From positions 31,558,001 through 31,622,000 of the forward strand of contig OZ024751.1 of assembly GCA_964016885.1 (NCBI GenBank): 64,000 nucleotides of DNA, read 5' to 3'. This DNA comes from Eledone cirrhosa. Lineage: Eukaryota. This document shows, one piece after another, positions 39,658 to 52,447 of this stretch (the first letter of the stretch is position 1; each line of letters starts with the position of its first letter). The position numbers were made by a program, and so were the translations under genes. Below the pieces are notes generated by a model. It was not told where the DNA came from. It ran no database searches and saw only the letters and a list, made by a program, of their open reading frames with translations.

Positions 39658-40296
39658 AAGTTAATATAAATTGATATACGATAAACACATAAGTGTTTGT
39701 ATTGTAAAAGACGAAGTTAGCTAGAATGAAATAAACTAATTAAAATGAATATAGTTTGACTGTCTCGATTTAAAATAATAAATCAATAAAAACAAACCCA
39801 TATTGGCAAAAGCCGTGATTCCTGGACAAATTTAAATTTCAAAATCCAAACCTGTTCCGTAGATGAATTTGAACTTCAAAACCCAGCAAAACCTAGCACT
39901 GTGAGTATGAGATAGCTAGTGAGCTGGTGTACCTCGTGCGTTTGTGCTTGTGAACCAGACCTCCAAAATTTTTTAGAGGTGAAACATCCTAATTTTTCTG
40001 GATTCCTGTTGATAAGCACAGAAAATTGGTATCTTTCACTTTTTATACTATCGTTGCGAAACATATTTGGGTTTTGAAGTTCAAATTCATCTACGGAACA
40101 GGTTTGGATTTTAAAATTTAAATTTGTCCAGGAATCACGGCTTTTGCCAATATGGGTTTGTTTTTATTGATTTATTATTTTAAATCGAGAGAGTCAAACT
40201 ATATTCATTTTAATTAGTTTATTTCATTCTAGCTAACTTCGTCTTTTACAATACAAACACTTATGTGTTTATCGTATATTAATTTATACTAACTTG
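39658..40296. repeat. Long inverted repeat, ~227-bp arms with ~180-bp spacer
   Basis: 39658-39884 is the reverse complement of 40068-40296 with few mismatches. Confidence 0.9.
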
Positions 40297-41111
40297 TATT
40301 GCATGGCTCAGAAATGCTTCTTTCTTTGAGCTAATTAACTGTAAATGACTGTTTGAGTTTAAAACTCTAAATATAATATAATATATATATATATATATAC
40401 ACACATTCAACACAGAGAAAGGAGTTTGGCAACAGGTCAGACACCTTAGTATAGATAGGGTAATGACTTATGTGGTGGTGGTGGTGGGGAGCGAGTGTAG
40501 ACGTTATTGTGGTGGCGGGGGGCAGTGAGATGTATCAAGTTCATAGTTCACTTGTCGCTTTTCCTCTCTTTTCAAAATTTGAATTTATGGCCATTTTGCG
40601 GGGGGGGGGGGGGGGGGGGACGGACGACGACGACAAGTAAACGTAAAATGTGAAATTTAAATAGAGATTGCTCTGGAAATATATATGGAATATTTCTGTA
40701 GCTTCCACAGCTTTTGTCAGAACATTTCCCAGGAGTCCAATGAGCAAAAATATTGTATTTTGATCTTTCAGAATACGAATATAAATAAAAACTTACCCCC
40801 ACGTAAAACAGTGTGTTGTCCGATCTATGAGCTCCCTAATATATATATATGTATACAACATAAATTACAATCACATGGTGTTTAAAACATTTAATAGCTT
40901 ACAATCGTTTTATCAACACAAGTCTGGGATCATTGGACCATACAAAAGTTAAAACAAATATAATCCTGAACAATTAGCAGGATACATTATAAATGAGAAG
41001 AATAAGTATAAGTATTAACATCAATATATTATAGAGCAAGAGTATAAAAATTGAACAGACATAAAAATTGTAATGAAAAATTATAATAAAGCTATAATAT
41101 AAATAATTGGA

Positions 41112-41451
41112 TGGAGGCACATGCTTAGTGGTTAGAGCATTGGACTTGCAATCGAAAAGTTGTGAGTTCAATTCTCAGACCAGGTGATGTGTTGTTTCCT
41201 TGAGCAAGACACTTTATTTCACATTGCTCCAGTTTACTCAGCTGTAGAAATGAGATGATAGAGACTGGGGTCCCTATCATACCACTGCAAAGTGGTCGTG
41301 GAGGTGCCACGGCAAAAACCACCCAGCACTCACTGTAAATGAGGTTGGTGTTAGGAAGGGCATCCAGCTGTAGAAATTAAGTCAGAATCAGTTCCCGTCC
41401 CACCCTTGCAAGCAGGGAGAAAAGCGGACGTAATATGATGATGATGATGAT
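41112..41451 (+). mobile_element. tRNA-derived SINE family A
   Basis: Full head, core and (ATG)n tail, homologous to 2104-2448. Confidence 0.85.
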
Positions 41452-41758
41452 AGGTTATAGATATGGATATGAAAGGCATTAATACATAAATACATAAATT
41501 GCCATGGTTATTAATTATAGCAAAAATATCAATTACAATAGAATACAAGCAATATATGTAATGTAAGCAGAATGGTATAATGAAAACATATTTATATTAT
41601 AGCTTTATTATAATTTTTCTACAATTTGTATACTCTTGCTCTATAATATATTGATATTAATACTTATACTTATTCTTTTCACGTATAATGTATCCTGCGA
41701 ATTGTTCAAGTGAATAGGATTATATTTGTTTTAATCTTTATATGCTCCGATGAATCCA

Positions 41759-42301
41759 GACCTTCTGGAAACTGTTCAGAGACGTGCAACCAAGCGAATA
41801 CCCTCCATCAGGCATCTACCATACTCCGAATGCCTTGCTTCCCTGGGCATGGATACGATGAAGCTTCGTCCGTCTGGTAACTGATTTGGTAAACACCCAC
41901 AAAAATATTAACCATCTTACCAACAACAACCCTGCGCACCTTTTTGATTTCCATGTGTCTAACACACGTGGGTATGCCCACAAAGTCAAAAAACAGCACA
42001 GTTCCCATGACTTTCGGAAACATCTTTTCATGCTCAGAGTTGCTGAAGCATGGAACAAACTACCTGCATCAGTTGTTAGCTGTGGAGACACTGCATCCTT
42101 TAAAACCTCCATGCTTCCTGAGATTCGCCAACACTACACCTGATATCCCTCCTCCATACACACGCACATATGTATTTCATGACTCATACACTGTTCATTT
42201 TCCTGACATTTGAACATTATTCTATATACTATACATGCACCTTTGATGAGTTGTAGTGCAACTGAGCACTGTACACAATAATTTCATTATTATTATTATT
42301 A
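41759..42301 (+). mobile_element. CR1/L2 LINE 3' fragment
   Basis: DLLETVQRRATK..SHDFRKH..WNKLPASVV, then 3' UTR and (ATT)n tail. Confidence 0.9.
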
Positions 42302-42433
42302 TGTCTGGATGAAACGATCATAAGCTATTAAATGTTTTAAACACCATTTGATTGTAATTTATGTTGTATTTCTGCTCTGTATTATACTTGATATTTTACA
42401 TTGAGCTACTTTTTTACTGGTAACATATATTAC

Positions 42434-42467
<34 letters not shown>

Positions 42468-42470
42468 TCC

Positions 42471-42502
<32 letters not shown>

Positions 42503-42764
42503 GTATATACCTATGTTCTTCATTTCTCTCACTATATATATGTGCGTGTGTATATATCTTTGCTGACCCTCTCTCTATATATAAATGTGTTTATATATCT
42601 ATGCTGTCTATCTCTCTCACTATGTATACATATATGTATGTATATATCTATGCCCTCCCCCAATCTAATATACATGTGTGTATATATCCATGCTGTCCCT
42701 TTTTCTCACTATACATGTGTGTGTATATATATCTATGTTCTTCATCTCTCTCATTATATATATA

Positions 42765-42948
42765 TATTGGCAGTTTCGGTAGAGGGTGGGGCGCCATGCT
42801 TTGAAGCATAGTTACCTCCCTTTATGATCTGAGTTCAAATCCCGTCAAGGTTAACTTTGCCTTTCATCCTTACGGGGGTCGATAAAATAAAGTACCAGTA
42901 ATGCACTGGGATAATTGCTGGCCTGGTGCCAAAAGTAGAAACAATTAT
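42765..42948 (+). mobile_element. SINE family B
   Basis: B box GAGTTCAAATCCC, core and tail as at 8846. Confidence 0.75.
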
Positions 42949-43019
42949 ATATATATCTATCTTCCTGCATCTTAGCATTGACTTTACAAGGGAGGCTTAA
43001 CAACGAGATCCCTCTGTAA

Positions 43020-43470
43020 TTGGAACAATCTCTCTTGTCTCCCTTTTTGAAAATTTGGATTATTTCTCCCGATTATCATGAATATCAGTGCTGCGAAAAC
43101 TGAGATATTTGTCCTCTCAAGGAGGCCTGTGCAGTGCACTCTACATGTGAATAGAGTTCCACTGAAGCAGGCAGAGAAGTTCAAGTATTTAAGGGCCGTA
43201 TTCATGAGTGATGGAAAGCAAGAGGCGAATTAAGTGCAGAATTGCAGGAGCTGGTGCAGTAATGCGCCAGCTTTAGCATTCGGTAATCAGAAAAATGGAG
43301 ATAAGTGTAAAAGCCAAACACACTATCCTCAATTCAGTATTCGCGCCAACCCTTATCTTGGAGACCCAGCCGGATGAATTGAAGATGGTTGCTTCTGACA
43401 GGACCCGCTGGAAGGTTTGTTTGAGGAATCTGCCTCCACAACCCTCAGAGGAATAAGTGGGCGAAGAAGA
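43020..43470 (+). mobile_element. Old RTE-like LINE remnant (different family)
   Basis: MNISAAKTEIFV..LKQAEKFKYL..RIAGA and a GAAGAAGA-type tail. Confidence 0.55.
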
Positions 43471-44149
43471 TATATATGTATATATATAACAGAGGTAAAT
43501 CGTCCCATGTCAAAATAAAGAGAATCATATTGTTGTTAATGAAGTTTAGCCCCAAGTCAGACGTATGTTTTTGGGGCAAATATCTTTGGAAATATCTAAT
43601 AAAATGTTATTTTTTGTGGAATTGACACTAGAGCACTGGGACACCTTTTTAGACATACCAAAGGCAGTTCCGTGTATGCGAATCAAGGTCCTCTCACAAA
43701 GAGAATGCCTGTCCTACCCATTCTAGCATGGAAAATGGATGTTAAACAATGATGATAATGACCTGTCACACCAGGCAGTTAGGATACTATCTTAGACTTA
43801 CAATGTCATACTTGAGAGCTGGGTCACAGACTTACCTCTGTCACATAAGGGACACTTTCTTAGACTTCTCAGGATAGGGAATACCTAGAGACTAATATGA
43901 CTTTAGAGGCCTCTGGCACACTAAAAATATATGTATGTATCATCATCATCGTTTTACATCTGTTCTTCCACTCTAGCATGGGTTAGACGTGTTGTCCTGT
44001 TGTGGGCAGTGTCCAGTCGGCTGACCTTGTCTTGCTCATATAGGAACTGATTTTGGCTTGATTTCTACAGCTGGATGCCCTTCCTAACACCGACTTCATT
44101 TACAGTGTGGGCTGGGTGCTTTTTTGCTGTGGCACCTCCACGACCACTT

Positions 44150-44975
44150 TGCAGTAGGAGGGTGTGGGGGCATATTGTCTATATGTTTCAGCTTTGGCTT
44201 GTTCCTGTGGGGGATCTGGTCTTCTGTATTACTGCGTGACGCCAGAGGTCACGGTCGTATGTCATTGCTCTTGAGGTGCAATTGGGTAAGGTCGGCCTTT
44301 ATCACCTCATCCCACGTCTTCTTGGGTCTCCCCACTCCGCGGCTTCCATCGACTTCTAGTGCTCTAAACCTTTTTATGCAGCTGTCCTCCTTCATATGCA
44401 TCACATGTCCATACCAACGTAACCTCCTCTCCTGCACACAGCATTTCATTCCTTTGATGCTCAGTCTCTCTCTCAATTCGTTTATACTTTGCCGTTTGCG
44501 TATATTACTATTACACATCCATTGGAGCATGCAGGCTTCGTTTCTTTCTAATCTGTGCAAGTCTTCTAGACAGCGCCCAGGTTTCACTTCCCTGTAACAT
44601 CATTGTTCGTATACACGCATCATCCTGTCTGCCTTTCATTTTGAAGGAAAAGCCTTTTGCAGCTAGCAGTGGCAGTAGCTCCCTGAACTTCTTCAATCCC
44701 GTTGTTACCCTGGTTACTGTACTTTCAGAACACCCACCTCCGCTGCTCACTTGGTCACCTAGGTAGCAGAAGCTGTCTACTGTTTCTACAGAGCCCTCCC
44801 AAAGTTTGGTGGTGCTTGTTTCCTGTGTTTGTTTGCTGCTTGCTGTCTCAGCGCAGCTGCTACATATGAAGCCTACATTCTTAGTTAAACTTCCTGAGAT
44901 CCCGCTACATCTCTTATGTACCCATTGTTTGCATTTGGGGCAGAGGATGGAGTTCCTACCTACACCTTTCCTATG
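44150..44975 (-). mobile_element. RTE LINE 3' fragment, joined to a SINE A piece at 44055-44155
   Basis: WVHKRCSGISGSL, GGGCSEST, LERNEACML and RGVGRPKKTW motifs. Confidence 0.88.
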
Positions 44976-45094
44976 TATGGATCTATGTATGTATGTTCAT
45001 AAAATAGGTATTAATCAAAATTCATCAGATATAATATAATAATGTCAAAAAAAGGAAGTAACAATAAAGAGGAAGAACAACCTGAATGAATAAG

Positions 45095-46445
45095 CTCTTC
45101 AAAACGTCTTCTTCAAGAAAACATAATTCAGAGATCCACAGATATGGGACTGGTTAAAGAAAGGGGACTTTAAGAAAGCTACTGAGGAAATGTTACTGGC
45201 TGCACAGGAGCAAGCCCTAATAATGAAGTGGATGAAACATATTGACAAGGAGGAAGATAACCTGCTCTGAAGGATCTGTGGAGAGAGAGGAAACTGTAGC
45301 TCACATCGTATCCGGGTGTAAACACCTAACCCAGACTCATAAATAATGGAGAGCATAATAACTAGAATAATGATAGGATGAAGAAGTTTAGAGAGAGAGA
45401 GAGAGCTATTCCCACTGTTCACAAAAGGTTCCTCCCTACATACAAAAGGATGGCTGTATGACACCTGTGTATGAAGTGTGATGTTGCATAGCAGTGAAAT
45501 ATGGGCTGTAATTGCAGATGTACAGGCTGGAGAGAAATGAAGTGACCAAGCTTCATTGGATGTGCAATGTAAATGTGAGAGAAAGGCAGAGCTTGGATGA
45601 TCTGAGGGAGAAACTGGGTTTAAGAGGAATCCAAAGTGGTGTGCAAGAGAGAAGATTGTGTTGGCACGGACATGTGATGTGTATGGGTGATAATTGGTGG
45701 GTGAAAACTTGCCAGGGAATCCCAGTGATAGGAAGCTGCAGTAGAGGTAGACCAAGGAAAACATGGGCGGAGGTGATGAGAGCTGATCTCAAATCGCTGA
45801 AACTCACATAGGAGATGATGAAGGAACATGACGAGCGGAGAGATGCTGTGCTGAAAAGGACCCATCCAACCCATGTGAGTGTGGAAAAACAGGCACAAAA
45901 ATGATGATGATGGAAGCATGATATCATTGGAAATGTGATCCACTGGCATTTATGAAAACTAAATGATTTACTCCACTCTGAGATGTGATATGAGCATAAA
46001 CTAGAGTTGGTGATAGAAAACGATCAGGTGAAGGTGTTGTGAGATTTCAGGGTACAAACAGAAAAAGAATTAGAACACAATAGGCCTGGCTTGGTGGTTT
46101 TTGACAAAGAAAATAGATGTAGCTTGCCCCCTTTGACACAAGAATACAAGAAAAAGAAAGGGAGAAAATTAACCAGTACCAGGATCTGAAAAGAATTTGG
46201 GACTGTCATGAGATCAAGGGCGTCTCCTTCGCCATAGGAGCATTAGGTATTGTCTCAAAGAGTTTCCAAGGCTGGTTAAAGATTAGCCCAGCCACCTTCT
46301 TCTAGAACACTTTAAAATTCATGCCTACTGGGAACAGCAAGGACTCTCTGATACTTCCTGAATACCTGAGGCTGTGGGTAGCAGCTTGATGTTCATTTGG
46401 GCAATTTTTTTGGTTAAATAACATCAATGACTGAGATATCAAATT
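45095..46445 (+). mobile_element. R4/Dong-like LINE 3' part interrupted by an RTE 3' fragment (45345-45912)
   Basis: WDWLKKGDFKKATEEMLLAAQEQAL..ICGEREET, resuming after the RTE at WKHDIIGNVIHW..QTEKELEHNRP..KYQDL; ends in (TAA)n. Confidence 0.75.
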
Positions 46446-46867
46446 CATAATAATAATAATATAAAGTGGGTGGATTTAAGGGAAAATCTCTTCCAGTTTT
46501 TACCATCAAAACAGTCAGTAAAATCAATATAAATCAATTTTATTCATCAAAGATTTTGTACAAAGTATTTTAATTTTTAGTCATTAAAAATTAAGATATT
46601 GGTGGTGGTGGTAGGGGTGATAGTGGTAATGATGATTGTGATGGTGGTGGTGGTGTCTGAGAAAAAACAAACAAAAACGCAACTGGTAAGAGAGATGTGA
46701 CATACATGGATGATGTTGAGTGACCACTGTTCTAGCTGTGAAGGGAAGTGTTGAATTGTGAAGTGAAGTGTTGAAGTGTGAAGTAAAATGTTGAAGGTAA
46801 GTGTTGAAGGTAAATGTTGAGGAGAAGTGTTGAAGTGTTAAAGTTTACTGGTGGTCAATAGATAACG

Positions 46868-47040
46868 TCAGCTTTTAGAGTCGAGATCAATGGGATAGAT
46901 CTGACGCTCACCTTCAGCGAGAAAAATCTGGAAGGCTTTATATAACAAGTATGTCCCCATCTCTCGCTTGCAGGCTGGAGACCATTTCACTGTGAGACCA
47001 TAACTACTGCCACGCATCTTGTTTGTTAAATTTGCAAGAC
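46868..47040 (-). CDS. ANKLE1: ANKLE1/LEM-3 terminal exon (end of GIY-YIG nuclease)
   Basis: Acceptor TCTTTCTCCTGCAG; reads GLANLTNKMRGSSYG..MGTYLLYKAFQIFLAEGERQIYPIDLDSKS*, compared with human LGVHLLHRALLVFLAEGERQL (recalled). Confidence 0.93.
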
Positions 47041-47063
47041 CTGCAGGAGAAAGACAATATATA

Positions 47064-48431
47064 TCCACATATATAAAACAGAGGATGTCTGTCTGTCTGT
47101 GTATGTGTGTGTGTGTCTGTGTAAATCCCTAAAACTTGAGAAGTACCCGACCGATTTTTTCAAACTTTACACATGCGTTACTTATATTTCTTGAAGTGTA
47201 ATGGGCTAAAACATTTTTTAAACTTTTTCTGCCCTAGGGCCCGCAGTAGGCGAAAAACCGCATTTTAAAGGCATTTTTAGGCGTAATTTAAAGAGAATCC
47301 AGCCGATTTCCTCAAAACTTGCAGCACCCATTAGTTAGTCCCCTCGCATTGCTGTGGACAAAAAAAATTCCCGATTCCATTAATGGTTTCTAGGAAATTT
47401 ACGAATTAGCATTGGGCATTACATGCCATTTTCATTTTCAATATAAATGCTACTTAAACATCATAAGTAGAGTATAATATTTCGTTAAAAATTTGGTTTA
47501 TTTAACAGAGGACACAACATTTACTTACTAGCAACACCATTTTCGATGGATTGAAGAAGACCTTAACATTTTTGTCAGTGCCCTGTTGACGCTTCGTGCT
47601 TTCATCACACGCAAATCCGGGCCCTGTGTACGTTGCAATGTTATTGACACCGTAAATCTCACATCTGTGCTACTCCTACTAAGACCCCTTTTGTTAAACC
47701 AACACCGCAGTATGAATGCTGAACAGCGGTTGTGCTAATTCCTCGGTGATGCCTTTTGTCGCTGTGTAAACGCAGTGCAACCATTGCCGCCCAGCGTGTG
47801 TGCTAATTGCACTATGACCCCCTTCTGCTGCAGCTGCATTGCCACGCTGATTTCGTCATCTCAATATCTTCACTTAAACGTACATCCAATTGACTACTTT
47901 CAGACTGACGTGTATTCCCCGCGACTTACGACATACACTGCCCCTCAACACTTACTCCTTTCGTATACAGGATTTGTGCAATCAGCCCACTGACACTGCT
48001 ACTACTGGTATCCCTGCTCGAGATCGATCCTCCACTCATTCCACACAAAGTTGGTATGTACACTATACTTTTTTCACCAGTTTGAAGCAATTGCATTGAC
48101 TACGACGCCTTTCAATAGCCTAGCACTTCATTTACGCCCACTTTTAGTTTTTGTGGCATTGTATACATTGTGGAGCATTAATTCTACCTACTTTGCCAGT
48201 TACAACAGTAGTAAAAGTACTAGAATTGGCATACTTTTAATACCTTTAAAACAGCTTAATAAGTGATCTTCCCTTTAACCATGTTCATGCTCATTATGAT
48301 TGTTTTGTTTGTCTCTCTCACACACACTACAGATTTACCTCATACCAGACAACACATCCAATACAGTTGTTTTCCCTTTTATCCGTCTTCTCTTAACTAT
48401 TCTCTCAGGCAAAGCCGAGTACCTCAGCTAG
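47064..48431 (+). mobile_element. Non-autonomous Helitron, complete
   Basis: A|TC 5' end (TCCACATATATAAAAC..TGTCTGTCTGT); 3' hairpin CTCAGGCAAAGCCGAG then CTAG|T; no TSD; inserted in an AT microsatellite. Confidence 0.75.
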
Positions 48432-49181
48432 TATATATATATATATAGTGAGAGAGAGATAGATGTGTGTGTGTGTTGCCAGTCTAATAATTTAGAGGAG
48501 AGACACATTTCAATGTACCTACACCCCTAAAATAGAGAGACAGTTGTATATACCTAAATCCCTAAAATAGAGAGTCAGTTGTATATATACCTAAACCCTT
48601 AAAATAGAGTCAGTTGTATATAGCCAGACCTCTAAAGTATATAGAGAAAATTGTATATATCGAGACTTCTAAAGTAGATAAAGCAAGACCTGAGAATGTT
48701 GGCTTTTACAAAGATAATGGCCAGAGTTCAATACTGTCATGTAGAGATGATGTATAAAAGGACACAGAGGAAATAGCTGTCACTGTCCCCTTTTTTCGTC
48801 TCCAGGGGGAATTTTGAACCCAATTTTCTCAACTATTATTTATAGTCATTAACTAACATACTGGTCATTTGTGTTGGGATGTACATATTTCAAATATAAA
48901 TAAATAATTGTTTCTACTTTTGGCACAAGGCTAGCAATTTGAAAGGAAGGGGAAAGTTGATTACATCGACCTCAGTGTGTTACTGGTATTTTATCTTAAC
49001 AAGACCCCTATAAGGGTGAAAGGCTAAGCTAACTCTGGTAGGATTTAAAATCAGATCATAAAAGGCTGTAACTAAATAAAACAAACCATGTTGTCTGATG
49101 CTTTACTGATTACTACCAATCCCCAGCCCTCGTAAATACATAAATAATAGTAAGTATTAAAAACGGTGATGATGATATTAC

Positions 49182-49311
49182 CGATAGCATCAATAATGCA
49201 TGCTTCCCGAGAATAAGCTTCATCAGCTGTAACTCCTTGGAAACAATGAAGAGATATTACCCCAAGGCCATCATTCCAAATGTCTGTAATGTGGAATAAT
49301 TTTTCATCATT
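49182..49311 (-). CDS. ANKLE1: ANKLE1 exon (GIY-YIG domain)
   Basis: Reads NDEKLFHITDIWNDGLGVISLHCFQGVTADEAYSREACIIDAI(G); AG/GT borders, phase 0-1. Confidence 0.93.
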
Positions 49312-49554
49312 CTGAAAAGACCAGGAAAATTAATTTATATTATTTGTTAAAACCAATATTAATTAATGTAACAAGGTGAAATTCTGATTTAACAATAATA
49401 ATGTTAATGATGATGGTGGTGAAGGTGATGATGATGGTGATGTTGATGGTGGGATGATGACAATGGTTGTGGTGATTACTAGGGTACAGCTGTGTCAGAT
49501 CCTTTAGAGGAAAGAAAATGGGAAAATCTATTTGTTAATGTTTGTGTTGCCAAA

Positions 49555-50190
49555 GGATGTGCGTGTGTGTACAGAAGAGAGAGATGTGCGTGTGTGTAGA
49601 GAGAGATGGTGTACAGAAGAGAGAGATGTGCGTGTGTGTAGAGAGATGTGCGTGTGTGTAGAGAGATGGTGTACAGAAGAGAGAGGTGTGCGTGTGTGTA
49701 GAGAGAGATGGTGTACAGAAGAGAGAGGTGTGCATGTGTGTAGAGAGAGATGTGCGTGTGTGTAGAGAGAGATGGTGTACAGAAGAGAGATGTGCGTGTG
49801 TGTAGAGAGATGGTGTACAGAAGAGAGAGATGTGCGTGTGTGTAAAGAGAGAGATGTGCATGTGTGTAGAGAGAGATGTGCGTGTGTGTAGAGAGAGATG
49901 GTGTACAGAAGAGAGAGATGTGCGTGTGTGTTGAGAAGAGAGAGATGTGCGTGTGTAGAGAGAGAGGTGTGCATGTGTGTGTAGAGGGAGAGAGATGGTG
50001 TACAGAAGAGAGAGGTGTGTGTGTGTAGAGAGAGAGAGAGATGGTGTACAGAAGAGAGAGGTGTGCGTGTGTGTAGAGAGAGAGAGATAGTGTACAGAAG
50101 AGAGAGGTGTGCGTGAGTGTAAAGAGAGAGAGAGATGGTGTAAAGAGAGAGGTGGGAGTGTAGAGAGAGATGGTGTAGAGAAGAGAGAGG
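49555..50190. repeat. Compound GA/GT minisatellite
   Basis: Alternating GATGTGCGTGTGTGTAGAGA and GATGGTGTACAGAAGAGA units. Confidence 0.9.
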
Positions 50191-50925
50191 TGGGAGGAGG
50201 GAGAATGAAATACAGAGCAGTAGCACTGGTCAGCTACTTTCTTTATCAACCTTGAATGGATGAAAAACAAAGTGGAGCTCAGCAGACACAGATGCCCTCA
50301 TAACCATCCTTCCCTTGATCCAGCTGTCACATCCAGGAAGGAGAGAGAGAGAAAGAGAGGACTGCACTCCTTAAAAGGGTTGAAAGACAAAGTCAACCTC
50401 AGTAGGATTTGAACTAAAAACAGAGACCCAGGAACAAATATCTAATGTTTTAATGAGTTTGTGAAATCAACCACCATGTCAGAAATCATTTCTATAGGAA
50501 GAAGGAAAAATTTAACTCTTAACTTCCTGTAATGAATTAGTAGAAAATATATAACAGGTCTGTTAATTCAAATACTTATAGTATCTTTACTGGTGGACAG
50601 ATTGTTGTGAAAATTTGCAATAATCTAAAGTAAAGACTTTAATTTTAATGTGATACAGTCATTGTGTTATTTTGTACTTTTTAAGAATGCTTTACTGCTG
50701 ATGTGGTTTGATGTACAGGAATGTTAACAATTAATTTAACAATGTATATGAGATTGGTGTTAGGAAAGGTATCCAACTATAAAGATCCCAGCCAAATTAC
50801 AGTTCCATCTGAGAAAGGTATGGCGTGGCCAACTGGCCAGACTTGTCTCATGACGTGGGTTACCCGTCTAACCCATGGAAAAATAAACTTTAAATAGTGA
50901 TGAAATGATGATGAATACAGCTTAC

Positions 50926-51050
50926 CTTAGTTTCTTTGCTGTTAAGACGTTTGAGGGCATCATACAGGTGACTATATGGACGATGACGTGTACCTTTACC
51001 TACATAGAATATGGCTTGTATAAAGGTACGGAACATTTCAGAGTTATCAG
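50926..51050 (-). CDS. ANKLE1: ANKLE1 exon (YVGKG motif)
   Basis: Reads DNSEMFRTFIQAIFYVGKGTRHRPYSHLYDALKRLNSKETK; AG/GT borders, phase 1-0. Confidence 0.95.
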
Positions 51051-51069
51051 CTGGAAAATAAACAAACAT

Positions 51070-51597
51070 ATTAACCCTTTCATTACTATAGGTCTAATGG
51101 AAGACACTCACTATGGTATTAACCCTTTCGTTACCATATGTCTAATGGAAGACACTGTCTATGTCATTAACCCTTTCGTTACTATAGGTCTAATGGAAGA
51201 CACTGTCTATGTCATTAACCCTTTCATTACCATATGTTTAATGGAAGACATTGTCTATGTCATTAACCCTTTCGTTACCATATGTCTAATGGAAGATACT
51301 GTCTATGTCATTAACCCTTTCGTTACCATATGTCTAATGGAAGACACTGTCTATGTCATTAACCCTTTCATTACCATATGTCTAATGGAAGATACTGTCT
51401 ATGTCATTAACCCTTTCGTTACCATATGTCTAATGGAAGACACTGTCTATGTCATTAACCCTTTCATTACCATATGTCTAATGGAAGATACTGTCTATGT
51501 CATTAACCCTTTTGTTACTATATGTCTAATGGAAGACACTGTCTATGTCATTAACCCTTTCATTGCCATATGATTAATGAAAGACACTGTCTATGTC
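51070..51597. repeat. 48-bp minisatellite, ~11 copies (intronic)
   Basis: Unit TTAACCCTTTC(G/A)TTACCATATGTCTAATGGAAGACACTGTCTATGTCA. Confidence 0.95.
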
Positions 51598-52447
51598 TTG
51601 CAAATCTTTTTGAATTTGGAGGGATAGGAGTAACTTCCTCATTGTTGGGTTGGTATTTGGTACATAACTTAACAAAAGATCTTACATAAAATTATGATGG
51701 AAGGTTTTGTGGTAGTGTTGATGTCACAATGAAAAGCACACAATCCACTCTGTAAGTGGGGAGTGATGATGTTGATGGTTGTGGATGGTGGTGGTGATGA
51801 TGATAATGAAGATGATGCTTCAATGATTTCATCTTGTGTCCTTCTTGATTTCCCTATGCCACATGTTCCATTCAACACTTTTTATATAACATCCTCTCCT
51901 TATGCACCACATCACCATACCAGTGCTATCATTTCCCTTGCACACTACATCATCCAATTCTTCTTATACTCAGCTTTTCTCTCAGTTCACTTGTGTTCTA
52001 ATGTACATGCACAGCAACATTACACATCCAACAGAGATACATACTTCATTTCTTTCCAACCACAGCAAATTTTCTGCACTCGTGTTTTTTTAACGCAACT
52101 TTTAACTTTTGAAAATTTTAAATTTGTTACAAACAAACATGGCTTTTTTTTTTTTTAAAACCGACCATTTTAAAGACTTCCCCTCCATCATAGTTTTGTT
52201 ATGTTCTAAACACTAACTCAATGAAAAAGTTATTTTACTAAAACCCTCCAAATTCTTGATTATTCTCAAAATATATCTTACTATATCACACCGAAATATA
52301 TCTTACTATATCCCACCAAAATATATCTGACTAAAAACCTCCAAATTCTTGATTATTCTCCAAATTAATTGAAACCTATTTAAATCATTTCATAAGAAAT
52401 ATGGTGATGAAAATATTATATAAGAACTTCAGAATGACGTAACTCAC

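Larger units (their letters stand above)
40855..42367. repeat. Older inverted repeat interrupted by SINE and CR1 insertions
   Basis: 40855-41105 mirrors 41589-41761 joined to 42302-42367. Confidence 0.8.

Noticed and set aside
49479-50270. His/Leu/Ser/Thr-rich ORFs
   Set aside because: Translations of GA/GT simple repeats.
50905-51573. 222-aa ORF with 16-aa repeats
   Set aside because: Translation of a 48-bp minisatellite, antisense to an ANKLE1 exon and intron.
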